Source of the DNA: Candidatus Zixiibacteriota bacterium
GTDB taxonomy: Bacteria; Zixibacteria; MSB-5A5; GN15; JAAZOE01
Length of the DNA: 64,000 nucleotides
Direction: 5' to 3'
NCBI GenBank assembly: GCA_041394985.1
Contig: JAWLBI010000001.1
Coordinates: forward strand, 4,292,855 to 4,356,854
This document shows, one piece after another, positions 19,799 to 28,308 of this stretch. The translations under genes were made by a program, and so were the position numbers. The notes below the pieces were generated by a model. That model did no database searches. It saw only the letters and a list, made by a program, of their open reading frames with translations, and was not told the origin of the DNA. The number at the start of each line of letters is the position of its first letter. Within the stretch, counting starts at the first letter, position 1.

Positions 19799-20790
19799 TT
19801 CAACCAGCCTTCCCGGCGATACCAATCAATAGTTTGAGCGGCTCCGGTCTTAAAATCGACCGCGGCCTCGAATCCGAGCTCATCCTTTGCCCGGCTAACA
19901 TCCAATTCCCAATTCGTCGTCAACTCGCGCACCTTTTCCCGCGAAAAATGCGGCGTGTGTCCAATGAGCCTGAAAAACAATTCCGACAGCAGCGCGATAC
20001 AATTCAACAGCCATCCCGGTATGGTGATGCCGATACCTTTTTTCCCCAGCAATTCGCCGATACCATTTAGCATATCCCGCGATGAATGCGCTTCGGCATG
20101 GGCAATCTGATATGCCCGCCCGCGGCTCTTCGGTGTTTCCATGGCCAGTTTTATCGCCATGGCGAGATCATCGACATAGACTAACTGAATCTTGTTATGG
20201 CCGCCCTTCATATACGGCCGGAATCCCTTATTGACGATATCGAACAGCGTGAAAATTTCGGTATCACCCGGGCCATACACGCCGGGAGGCCTCAGTACCG
20301 TAATCGGGATGATATCGGAATATGACTGTATTGATTCTTCACCCGCCAGTTTACTTCGACCATAGGTCGTCAGAGGATTCGGTGCATCATCCTCTTTTCG
20401 CGGCCGGTCGTCCGATGGCCCGAATGCCGCCAGCGATGATATTAACACGAATTTCTTGAGCGATAGATTGCAGTTTTTGACTGCATTGAGCAAGTTGACC
20501 GTTCCACCTTGATTGACGCGGAAGTAATCATCGGCAGTTTTGGCCTTGACCAGTCCTGCGAGGTGTACGATGTAATCCGTATTTTCTACCGCGGCGTGAA
20601 GCGAATCGGGATCGGTGATATCGGCAAAGATTTTCGTGTACGGGATGTCGGCCAGCTGCGTCAGATCGGATGTTTTACGGCACACAATGCGAATTGCGTA
20701 GCCGTTGGCCGCCAGCAAACGGCAGACGCGACTGCCGATGAAGCCGTTCGCGCCGGTAATCGTAACTGTTTGTACATCCGCCCGCTGCAT
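19795..20790 (-). CDS. NAD-dependent epimerase/dehydratase family protein (extended SDR)
   Basis: Rossmann motif TGANGFIGS near the N-terminus. 331 aa. Confidence 0.75.
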   Translation of the reverse strand: MQRADVQTVTITGANGFIGSRVCRLLAANGYAIRIVCRKTSDLTQLADIPYTKIFADITDPDSLHAAVENTDYIVHLAGLVKAKTADDYFRVNQGGTVNLLNAVKNCNLSLKKFVLISSLAAFGPSDDRPRKEDDAPNPLTTYGRSKLAGEESIQSYSDIIPITVLRPPGVYGPGDTEIFTLFDIVNKGFRPYMKGGHNKIQLVYVDDLAMAIKLAMETPKSRGRAYQIAHAEAHSSRDMLNGIGELLGKKGIGITIPGWLLNCIALLSELFFRLIGHTPHFSREKVRELTTNWELDVSRAKDELGFEAAVDFKTGAAQTIDWYRREGWLK

Positions 20791-20840
20791 TGGCGCAATG
20801 TACCGGATTGCCGGGTGTTTTTCAAGATAAAGTTGGGGGA

Positions 20841-21512
20841 CTATTCGCGCGGCAAAAGATGCACCAGTGCCAATACCGAAACATACTTAGCCCCTGCCGC
20901 CCGCATTAATTCCGCGGCCTCATTCATGCTCTGCCCGGTGGCATAAATATCATCGAAAATGAGGACATGCTTGCCGGAAACGGATTCGGGAGATGTCAGA
21001 CGATACCTGAGTGTCCGGTCCCCTTTTCTCTCAGTCCACGATCGGTTCTTCTGCGGCTTGCCGATCTTCGCCGGGATAATCAGGTCGTCCAAGAATGGCC
21101 AACCGAGTCGCTCGCAGAAACAGGAGGTTATGGCCGCTACGGTCGGATACGAACGTGGTCGCGAATCGGGGATAATGGTCACGATATCGGGCGGATTATC
21201 CAGAGGATTTTCTAAAAAGAAATCGGATACGGCAGTAACAAATATTGATCTGGCCTGTTCGGAGTTCTCGTTTTTCAACTCCCGAATCAATCCTCCAACT
21301 ACCGATGATCGGTGAAAATCGTCAAATTCCTGCCGCCAGAGACATAACGAACCGTCGAAGGGCCCGGGGAGTTCTTCCAAGTCTTTACCAGGCAATTGAT
21401 TCAAAGCCTCCTGGCGTTGTTCAGACCTAAAAAATGAGAAGATATATCTATCAAAAAAATCTCGAACCGCCATGGGGAAAATATGCGCAAAAACTCCTGT
21501 AATGGCAATCAC
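20841..21512 (-). CDS. ComF-family phosphoribosyltransferase-domain protein
   Basis: C-terminal PRT motif VLIFDDIYATGQSMNEA. No N-terminal zinc-ribbon cysteines. Confidence 0.5.
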   Translation of the reverse strand: MIAITGVFAHIFPMAVRDFFDRYIFSFFRSEQRQEALNQLPGKDLEELPGPFDGSLCLWRQEFDDFHRSSVVGGLIRELKNENSEQARSIFVTAVSDFFLENPLDNPPDIVTIIPDSRPRSYPTVAAITSCFCERLGWPFLDDLIIPAKIGKPQKNRSWTERKGDRTLRYRLTSPESVSGKHVLIFDDIYATGQSMNEAAELMRAAGAKYVSVLALVHLLPRE

Positions 21513-21687
21513 TTACTTAATTCCCTTTTCATGGATTGACAGGGAAATAAATAATAGAAAACCTTTGGAACAAAGCGGAAACCTGCCGTGTTTAATTGGG
21601 TAATTAAACAGGACAAAAACTCTACCTTTTCTTGACTGTTTGTGAACGGAAAAATTTTTAATTAACGCTACATCTTAGGAGGATTAA

Positions 21688-22209
21688 GTGAAGAAGCAGT
21701 TACTGACAGCAATGACCGTTGTATTGACCGTATTATTCGTCTTCAGCGGTTCCGTATTTGCCGGTTCCTGCAGCGGCGGCGCCACGAAGAGCGCGTCGGC
21801 CTGTACCGGCACCAAGGCTTCTGTTGACGCGATGAAAACCGCAGCCACGACAACCGATGGCAGCACGGTTGTTCTGACCGTCTCTAAGATGACCTGTGGA
21901 AGTTGCGTCAAGCATGTCACCCAGACCCTGACCGCTATCGACGGCGTCCAGAAGGTCGACGTGAGCCTCGAAAAAGGCACCGCGACGGTGGCATACGACA
22001 AGACCAAGAAAGTCGACGAATCAATGCTCGTGGCCGCTTTGGTAAAAGCCGGTTATCCGACCAAGCTTGCCAATGCCACGACTGCCGATGCGAAGACGGA
22101 CAAAGCAGGATGCGATCCGGCCGCCTGTGCCGACAAGAAAGGCTGTGACCCGGCCGCTTGCGCTGCCAAGCCCGGCTGCGATCCGGCTGCATGCACCGGT
22201 AAAAAATAA
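21688..22209 (+). CDS. secreted heavy-metal-associated (HMA) domain protein with three C-terminal GCDPAAC repeats
   Basis: RBS AGGAGG. Signal peptide. M-x-C-x-x-C metal-binding motif (MTCGSC) in a ferredoxin-like HMA domain. Tail KAGCDPAACADKKGCDPAACAAKPGCDPAACTGKK. Confidence 0.7.
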   Translation: MKKQLLTAMTVVLTVLFVFSGSVFAGSCSGGATKSASACTGTKASVDAMKTAATTTDGSTVVLTVSKMTCGSCVKHVTQTLTAIDGVQKVDVSLEKGTATVAYDKTKKVDESMLVAALVKAGYPTKLANATTADAKTDKAGCDPAACADKKGCDPAACAAKPGCDPAACTGKK

Positions 22210-22242
22210 CCAAGCGCTGAAAAGCGATTGAAGTCTGATCAA

Positions 22243-22272
22243 GGCGGGAGACTTTTTCCCGCCTTTTTTATT
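22243..22272 (+). terminator. rho-independent terminator
   Basis: Stem GGCGGGAG...CCCGCC followed by TTTTTTATT. Confidence 0.7.
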
Positions 22273-22308
22273 GCCGGGACGTAGAAGATATACCTATATT
22301 GAGCCGTC

Positions 22309-23256
22309 ATGAGAAAACTATTCGAATATATTGTCTTAATTATCTGCCTGTTCGGAGCATCTGCGCAGGCTACGAAATATGCCGGCGAACCATTCTCACT
22401 CGGTGTCGGCGCGAACGCGCTCGGTATGGGCGGCGCTGTCGTCGCAGGGCCGTACAATGCAACGGCGGGCTACTGGAATCCGGCCGGACTGGCCTTTACC
22501 GCTCCCGGCAAGCAGCTCTATACCATGCACTCCGAAACATTCGGATCGCTTTTAAATCAGGATTATATCGGATTCTCTTCTCATAATGGTCGCACGACCG
22601 GCCTCACCAGTTTCGGTCTCTATCTCTATTACCTCGGCGGCGGCGGTATTAAAATCACCGGCTTCGACACGGACTCCCAGTATCCGTATGTCATCCGCGA
22701 GGAAAACCATTTCGATATCCAATTCGGAGCCTCTTTGGCAGGGCGAGCACGAGATAATATCAGTTATGGTATTACCGCCAAAGTAATTTATCGGGATATT
22801 GCGGTCGAGACCGCCTATGGGTTGGGGCTCGATGCAGGAGTCGTCTACAAAGTCGATACCATGATCACTGCGGCTCTTGCCGTAACCGATATCACCTCGA
22901 CATTCCTCGCCTATTCCAACGATAATACCGAAACGATTTATCCCGCGGTCAAACCGGGTCTGTCGATTCGCTTCGCCCGCCCGCATGTTTCCATTCTGCT
23001 GTCCGGACAGTCGATCATCCGCTTTGAAGGTCGGAAGCAGAATGCCGAATTATGGCAGGGAGAAATCTCGGCCGATTTCCAGGCCGGGATGGAGGTCGCC
23101 TATCGCGGTGTTGCCTTCGGACGCGTCGGTTATGATCAGGATCGTCTGACGGCCGGTCTCGGCGCAATCATAAACAGGTATGTTATAGATTTGGCGTATC
23201 TGCATCACAATGACCTGGATGAAACATTCCGCATCTCGGCCGGCGTAAATTTCTAA
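22309..23256 (+). CDS. FadL/TodX-like outer-membrane beta-barrel protein (small, 315 aa)
   Basis: Signal peptide, then SLGVGANALGMGGAVVAGPYNATAGYWNPAGLA, which matches the FadL-family N-terminal hatch signature. Alternating beta-strand pattern. C-terminal aromatic residue (F). Confidence 0.45.
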   Translation: MRKLFEYIVLIICLFGASAQATKYAGEPFSLGVGANALGMGGAVVAGPYNATAGYWNPAGLAFTAPGKQLYTMHSETFGSLLNQDYIGFSSHNGRTTGLTSFGLYLYYLGGGGIKITGFDTDSQYPYVIREENHFDIQFGASLAGRARDNISYGITAKVIYRDIAVETAYGLGLDAGVVYKVDTMITAALAVTDITSTFLAYSNDNTETIYPAVKPGLSIRFARPHVSILLSGQSIIRFEGRKQNAELWQGEISADFQAGMEVAYRGVAFGRVGYDQDRLTAGLGAIINRYVIDLAYLHHNDLDETFRISAGVNF

Positions 23257-23589
23257 TTGAAACACCCGCCCAATTCAAATTTCATACCCATCGGCAACGA
23301 ATAGTATTACTATCGTACTAATTTTCCTCATACGGGGATAAAATCGTTATTTTCCCCCAATATTCGACATGCCGATTTCCTCTCCGGAAAATAGAATGTT
23401 CAAAGAAGAAACTTTCCTCACAAGGAGGGGTAACGGCTGAAGATTTTTATAAATTTCGCCGCGATTTCTCTCGACAATGATAATATGTAACAGAGGATTG
23501 GGTTTCTGTCGCAACACCCTTCAGCGAGGTCACCCCTCGCGCTAATCCAGTAAATAATTAACCCAGATAAACCAGAGAGAGGAACGTTT

Positions 23590-24306
23590 ATGATCTATCG
23601 ACTTTATTCCGGCGCGGTATTGCTGGCCATCATCGGACTGCTCGGCCTGTTTGGCTGCTCCGATAATACCTTCAGCTCTTCGACAACGCAAGTCAGCGAA
23701 GATGCTCCGGCCAGCGCCTATGTTCCGCTGAATCAGGGGTGGCGCATCAGCTATGTTCAGATGGAGCCGGAAGTCGCATATTATAATATCGAAGTTACCG
23801 ACCCCGTTAACATCTCCGGACATGCCGGATATGTTATCCGGAGGACGAATACATCGACCAATCAGGTAACATATAATTACCGATATGCCGCCGATAATGC
23901 CGTTTTTGAAAGTTATTCCACGGCCGATCCGGGCGTTCGAATCCTTGACGGCCCATTTGCAGTCGGCCACTCCTGGAATCGATATAACACGACCGTTGGC
24001 GGCGGAACCAATGATGGCGATACCGATACAACCACTTCCGGAGACGATCCGCAGCTCGGGTCGATCCCCGGTGACGATTATCAGACGATGTCGATCGTGG
24101 CGATAGAATCGGTGGCCGCAATGGACGGTCATACATACGGCAATTGCATAAAGGTCGCATGGCAGATTGGCGAATATGCATATAACTATTACTGGTATGC
24201 CGCCGGTATCGGCCTCGTGAAATTCGAGAGCGTTACTAATGCGCTTGCCGCCGACGATAGTGATGTTCTCACTATTATGAGCGATTACGCGGATATTCAA
24301 TATTAA
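23590..24306 (+). CDS. hypothetical lipoprotein
   Basis: Lipobox LLGLFGC. Asn/Asp/Thr-rich. A terminator follows. Confidence 0.5.
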   Translation: MIYRLYSGAVLLAIIGLLGLFGCSDNTFSSSTTQVSEDAPASAYVPLNQGWRISYVQMEPEVAYYNIEVTDPVNISGHAGYVIRRTNTSTNQVTYNYRYAADNAVFESYSTADPGVRILDGPFAVGHSWNRYNTTVGGGTNDGDTDTTTSGDDPQLGSIPGDDYQTMSIVAIESVAAMDGHTYGNCIKVAWQIGEYAYNYYWYAAGIGLVKFESVTNALAADDSDVLTIMSDYADIQY

Positions 24307-24326
24307 CCTCCTGAAAACCCAAACCG

Positions 24327-24360
24327 AGCCGACCGATGCATATCGGTCGGCTTTTTTGTT
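24327..24360 (+). terminator. rho-independent terminator
   Basis: Stem AGCCGACCGAT...ATCGGTCGGCT followed by TTTTTTGTTTTTT. Confidence 0.75.
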
Positions 24361-24499
24361 TTTTATCATGATGTAATACATCCTACTTTTCACTTGCGAC
24401 CCGCGATTGCGTTGCGTACTTTTTCCTAACATCAATTAAAGCTTCACTCCAACCGCCCGCCTGAGCGGTGAAACATAATTTGCGCCGATTGGAGGCCCC

Positions 24500-25897
24500 G
24501 TGGAATTTATCAACAGTATTTTCAGCACTCTCGGCTCCTACATCTGGGAATTTCCCGAAGAATTCCCCCTGATGCTTATTATCCTGCTGGGAACCGGATT
24601 GTTTGTGTCGTTCCGCCTCGGATGGATACAGTTGCGTCGCGTCAAGCACGCCATAGACATCACACGAGGGAAATACGACAATCCGGAACACGAAGGGGAT
24701 ATTTCACATTTTCAGGCGCTCTCCACGGCCCTCTCGGCAACTATCGGTATCGGCAACATTGCCGGAGTCGCAACAGCCATCCACTATGGCGGTCCGGGCG
24801 CCTTGTTCTGGATGTGGGTGACCGGAATCCTCGGAACGTCTCTTAAATATGCCGAGTGCACGCTGTCGATGAAATACCGCAAAATCAACCCCGACGGTTC
24901 GGCATCCGGCGGACCGATGTATTATATCGAACATGCCCTTGGATGGAAGTGGCTGGCTATCATATTTGCGGCGGCCGCCTCGATGTGCGCGCTGGCCACC
25001 GGCAATGCGGTTCAAGCCAATACCGTCGCAGATCAGCTCAAGTCCGATTTCGGCATCAGCGTCTATGTTACCGGCGCCGTCATCGCAGTTCTCGTCGCCA
25101 TGGTCATTCTGGGCGGCATTAAGCGCATTGGCAGAGTTACCTCGATACTCTCACCATTGATGACCGTCATCTATGTCATCGGGGCGCTGTCCATCCTCAT
25201 CATACACATCGATCAGGTTCCCGGAGCATTCGCCACGATTTTTTCCTCTGCCTTCTCCGCCGAAGGGGCAACGGCAGGATTTGCCGGAGCGACATTTATG
25301 CACTGTCTCATCTGGGGCGTCAAACGAGGATTATTCTCCAACGAGGCCGGGCAGGGATCGGCGCCTATCGCGCATGCCGCCGCTAAAACCGATGAACCGG
25401 TTCGCGAGGGCACTGTCGCCATGATGGGACCATACATTGACACCATTACGATCTGCTCGCTGACCGGACTCGTCATCGTTATTACCGGAGCATGGAATGC
25501 CGTCGATGCCGCAGGTAATGGTCTTTTTCTGAATGGATCTCCCCTGACCTCGTATGCATTTTCCCAGGGATTGGCTGTAATTGGCGGATGGGGTGGATAC
25601 ATCGTCACCGCGGCGGTTTTATTATTCGCGACATCCACTATTATTTCCTGGTCGTACTATGGCGACCGGTCGATTCAATATCTCTTCGGAGATAAGGTCA
25701 TTTTCCCGTATCGCATACTGTTTTGCATTATGATTTTCTGGGGAGCGGTAAGCCGCCTGGAAGTTGCCTGGGCCTTCGGCGATTTCGGCCTTGGATTGAT
25801 GGCGCTGCCGAACCTCATCGCACTCGTTGCCCTCTCGGGCGTTGTCGTCAAACTGACGAACGATTACTATTCGCGCGAACACATCCCGTACAAATAA
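24500..25897 (+). CDS. alanine/glycine:cation symporter (AGCS family)
   Basis: 465 aa. N-terminal region and TM topology match sodium:alanine symporters (GNIAGVATAI...GGPGALFWMW). Confidence 0.8.
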   Translation: MEFINSIFSTLGSYIWEFPEEFPLMLIILLGTGLFVSFRLGWIQLRRVKHAIDITRGKYDNPEHEGDISHFQALSTALSATIGIGNIAGVATAIHYGGPGALFWMWVTGILGTSLKYAECTLSMKYRKINPDGSASGGPMYYIEHALGWKWLAIIFAAAASMCALATGNAVQANTVADQLKSDFGISVYVTGAVIAVLVAMVILGGIKRIGRVTSILSPLMTVIYVIGALSILIIHIDQVPGAFATIFSSAFSAEGATAGFAGATFMHCLIWGVKRGLFSNEAGQGSAPIAHAAAKTDEPVREGTVAMMGPYIDTITICSLTGLVIVITGAWNAVDAAGNGLFLNGSPLTSYAFSQGLAVIGGWGGYIVTAAVLLFATSTIISWSYYGDRSIQYLFGDKVIFPYRILFCIMIFWGAVSRLEVAWAFGDFGLGLMALPNLIALVALSGVVVKLTNDYYSREHIPYK

Positions 25898-25910
25898 TTC
25901 CGAATGACAT

Positions 25911-25951
25911 AAAAAAAACCGGATGATCGACGGTCCTTGTCGGTCATCCGG
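25911..25951 (-). terminator. terminator for the minus-strand H1/SWIB gene (hairpin shared between convergent genes)
   Basis: Hairpin CCGGATGATCG...CGGTCATCCGG. The A8 tract on the plus strand becomes a T8 tract on the minus strand after the hairpin. Confidence 0.6.
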
Positions 25952-25984
25952 TAACGTGAAGTCCAGTTGTCAAAGCGAGAGTGT

Positions 25985-26542
25985 CTAGCTTAAGTGACCG
26001 CTGATAAGCTTGGTCATCTCGAACATATTGACTTTTTTCTTCTTGCCGAAGACTGCGAGCAGTTTATCGTCAGCAATGATTTCCCGTTTGTTTTCCGGGT
26101 TCTGCAATTTGTTCTTCTTGATGTAGTCCCAAACTTTCTTGGTGACTTCAGTCCGAGGAAGCGGCTTTGAACCGACGATGGCGGCAAGCTCGGCAGACGG
26201 CGTCATCGGTTTCATGAAGGCCGCATTCGGTTTGCGCTTTGTCGCTGTTTTTTTTGTCGTCTTCTTCATAGTTTTTTTTGGTGCTTTCTTAGCTACTTTC
26301 TTAGTGGTTTTCTTGGCGGCCGGTTTCTTGGCCACTTTCTTCTTCGGAGCGGCTTTCTTCTTGGCGGCCGGTTTCTTCTTCGGAGCTGCCTTCTTCGCCG
26401 TTGTCTTCTTCGTCACTTTCTTCTTCGTTGTTACTTTCTTCGTCACTTTCTTTTTAGTGGTTGCTTTCTTGGCGGCGGGTTTCTTGGCTGCCGGTTTCTT
26501 AGCCGTTTTCTTGGCGGCGGGTTTCTTCTTTGCAGTTGCCAT
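25985..26542 (-). CDS. histone H1-like Lys/Ala/Pro-rich protein fused to a SWIB/MDM2 domain
   Basis: The first ~105 aa are AKK/PAAKK repeats. The C-terminal ~80 aa match the SWIB consensus (ELAAIVG...TEVTKKVWDYIKKNKLQNP.NKREI..DDKL..VFG...MFEM.KLIS.HL). Strong RBS AAGGAG. Confidence 0.75.
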   Translation of the reverse strand: MATAKKKPAAKKTAKKPAAKKPAAKKATTKKKVTKKVTTKKKVTKKTTAKKAAPKKKPAAKKKAAPKKKVAKKPAAKKTTKKVAKKAPKKTMKKTTKKTATKRKPNAAFMKPMTPSAELAAIVGSKPLPRTEVTKKVWDYIKKNKLQNPENKREIIADDKLLAVFGKKKKVNMFEMTKLISGHLS

Positions 26543-26790
26543 TGATCAACTCCTTATTCATGTGTTACTCTATTCAACTCTATTCTTATCGTCCGGCTTT
26601 TTGAAGTCTTCACCTCTGAAGCAATACAACCAGTACATGCAAATGTGCATTATTTTTTATTTCATAGGCAACTAAAAAAACCTCGAAAGATTCATTTTTT
26701 TCAGGGGGATAATCCGCACCAGTTTTGAGTCATGAAATGCCCATTCGCAGCCGGCACCCCGGGGTACCGGCTGTGACCGGTGGCAATGCC

Positions 26791-28053
26791 CTACCCCTCT
26801 AATTCCTCAAGGAGGTCTTTGGTCCCCTGATGTTCGGGATTAATCTCCAGTGCCTTCTTCAGACATCGGATGGCCTCCTTCTTGTTCCCTGCTTCCTTAT
26901 ATGCAATCCCCATGGACCGATAGCAGAATCCGGCATAATCCCCCTCGGGATACTCCTCGACCGAGATACTGAAGAATTTGACGGCATCCATCTTCTTATC
27001 ATTTGAATACAACTTGTACCCAATGATGAGAGAGGTCACCTCATCGAAGCCATACTCCTCGGATTCGGTCGCCTTCAGTTTATGATACAGTGCCACGGCA
27101 GCGTCGATGCCTTCGTCCCGATAGGCATAATATATCGGTCTGTAGATATCCTTCGTCTCCGCCTTGGGGTGTTGGGCATCCTCTATTCCATCGGCAATGC
27201 ACGTCAACCAATGATCTCTGGACGTATAACTACCGTCATAGGACTCGAATTGCTTCAGGGCATCTTCCTCCTGTAGAGTAGCCTTATCCTTTCCCGAGGC
27301 CAATCCTTCGCGCACGATGTCCTCCGACGTACTGAGCATATGGAGAAACTTGCGGGCGTCGTCCATCGTGCAATCGGCTCCGTGTCCGGGGATTATTTTT
27401 ACGTCCTCGGGAAGTATCGCCAACAGCCGGGCTACCGTCTCCGGATACTCCAGGACATTCCCGGTTTTACCGTCGACCGAGGGAAAATGAAACCCATTGA
27501 GGATGGCTCCGACAAAAACGATTTTCGACTGGACAAACCAGATGATAATATCGCTGTTGTCGTGGGCTCCGCCGAAATACATCATGCGAATATCTTCATC
27601 GTTAAACCGCAGATTCAAGGAGTCGTCGAATTCGAGTTCAGGCAGGGCCTCTGAAGGAAACTCGTCGAACAGATAGCTGCCGCTCATGAGCCTCGACCGG
27701 ACATTGCGATGCCCGATAATAAGGGGCTCTCGCCCGAAAGCCATATTGCCGCCCGTGTGCTCAATATGAGAATGACTGCTGATAATGATTTTCGGATTGC
27801 CATAGCCGAGTTGCGCCAGCTGTTTTTTGAGCGCCTCGCCGGCCTCCTTTTCGCCGGCATCAACAATGAGCAACCCATCGGGACCGACCAAGGCCAATAC
27901 CTTGACAGTATAGCCGCCGCCATCCGTTTCGAACTTATAGATATTTTCCGATAGTTTACTCACGGAATAGACCGAATCATCCTGTGCCCCCACAAGACCG
28001 GAACAGGTGTAGCATGCCAAAATCAGCACGATGTACCATTTCATGGATTTCAT
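26791..28053 (-). CDS. MBL-fold metallo-hydrolase with C-terminal TPR repeats, secreted
   Basis: Signal peptide after the internal Met (MKSMKWYIVLILACYTCSG). H-x-H-x-E-H (SSHSHIEHTGG) metallo-beta-lactamase motif. TPR-like C-terminus. Confidence 0.55.
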   Translation of the reverse strand: MKSMKWYIVLILACYTCSGLVGAQDDSVYSVSKLSENIYKFETDGGGYTVKVLALVGPDGLLIVDAGEKEAGEALKKQLAQLGYGNPKIIISSHSHIEHTGGNMAFGREPLIIGHRNVRSRLMSGSYLFDEFPSEALPELEFDDSLNLRFNDEDIRMMYFGGAHDNSDIIIWFVQSKIVFVGAILNGFHFPSVDGKTGNVLEYPETVARLLAILPEDVKIIPGHGADCTMDDARKFLHMLSTSEDIVREGLASGKDKATLQEEDALKQFESYDGSYTSRDHWLTCIADGIEDAQHPKAETKDIYRPIYYAYRDEGIDAAVALYHKLKATESEEYGFDEVTSLIIGYKLYSNDKKMDAVKFFSISVEEYPEGDYAGFCYRSMGIAYKEAGNKKEAIRCLKKALEINPEHQGTKDLLEELEG

Positions 28054-28308
28054 ACTTTTCCCTTCCTTCCTACCGCATGCATCAAAGAACAAAGCCAAAT
28101 TAGTCTATTTTGAGTATTGTCCGGTCGGGATAATTCTTGCAGGGAAAAGCGTGATAAAAAAAATATGGCCGTGGACTTATTGCCTCTCGGTCTAAATTAG
28201 TTCGGGTATTTCCCGAAAATATGTATATCGCTCGCTAAAGCGTTTTATTGACAGAATGGCGCAGGTCGCCTATATTGCGAATAGAGAATCTACTATCTCG
28301 GAGAGCAC

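Noticed and set aside
26139-26675. 178-aa plus-strand ORF rich in Phe/Ala/Gly opposite the lysine-rich gene
   Set aside because: It is the mirror translation of the AAG/GCC-repeat H1-like gene (AAG becomes CTT, giving Phe/Leu). The minus-strand gene has the RBS, terminator and SWIB domain.
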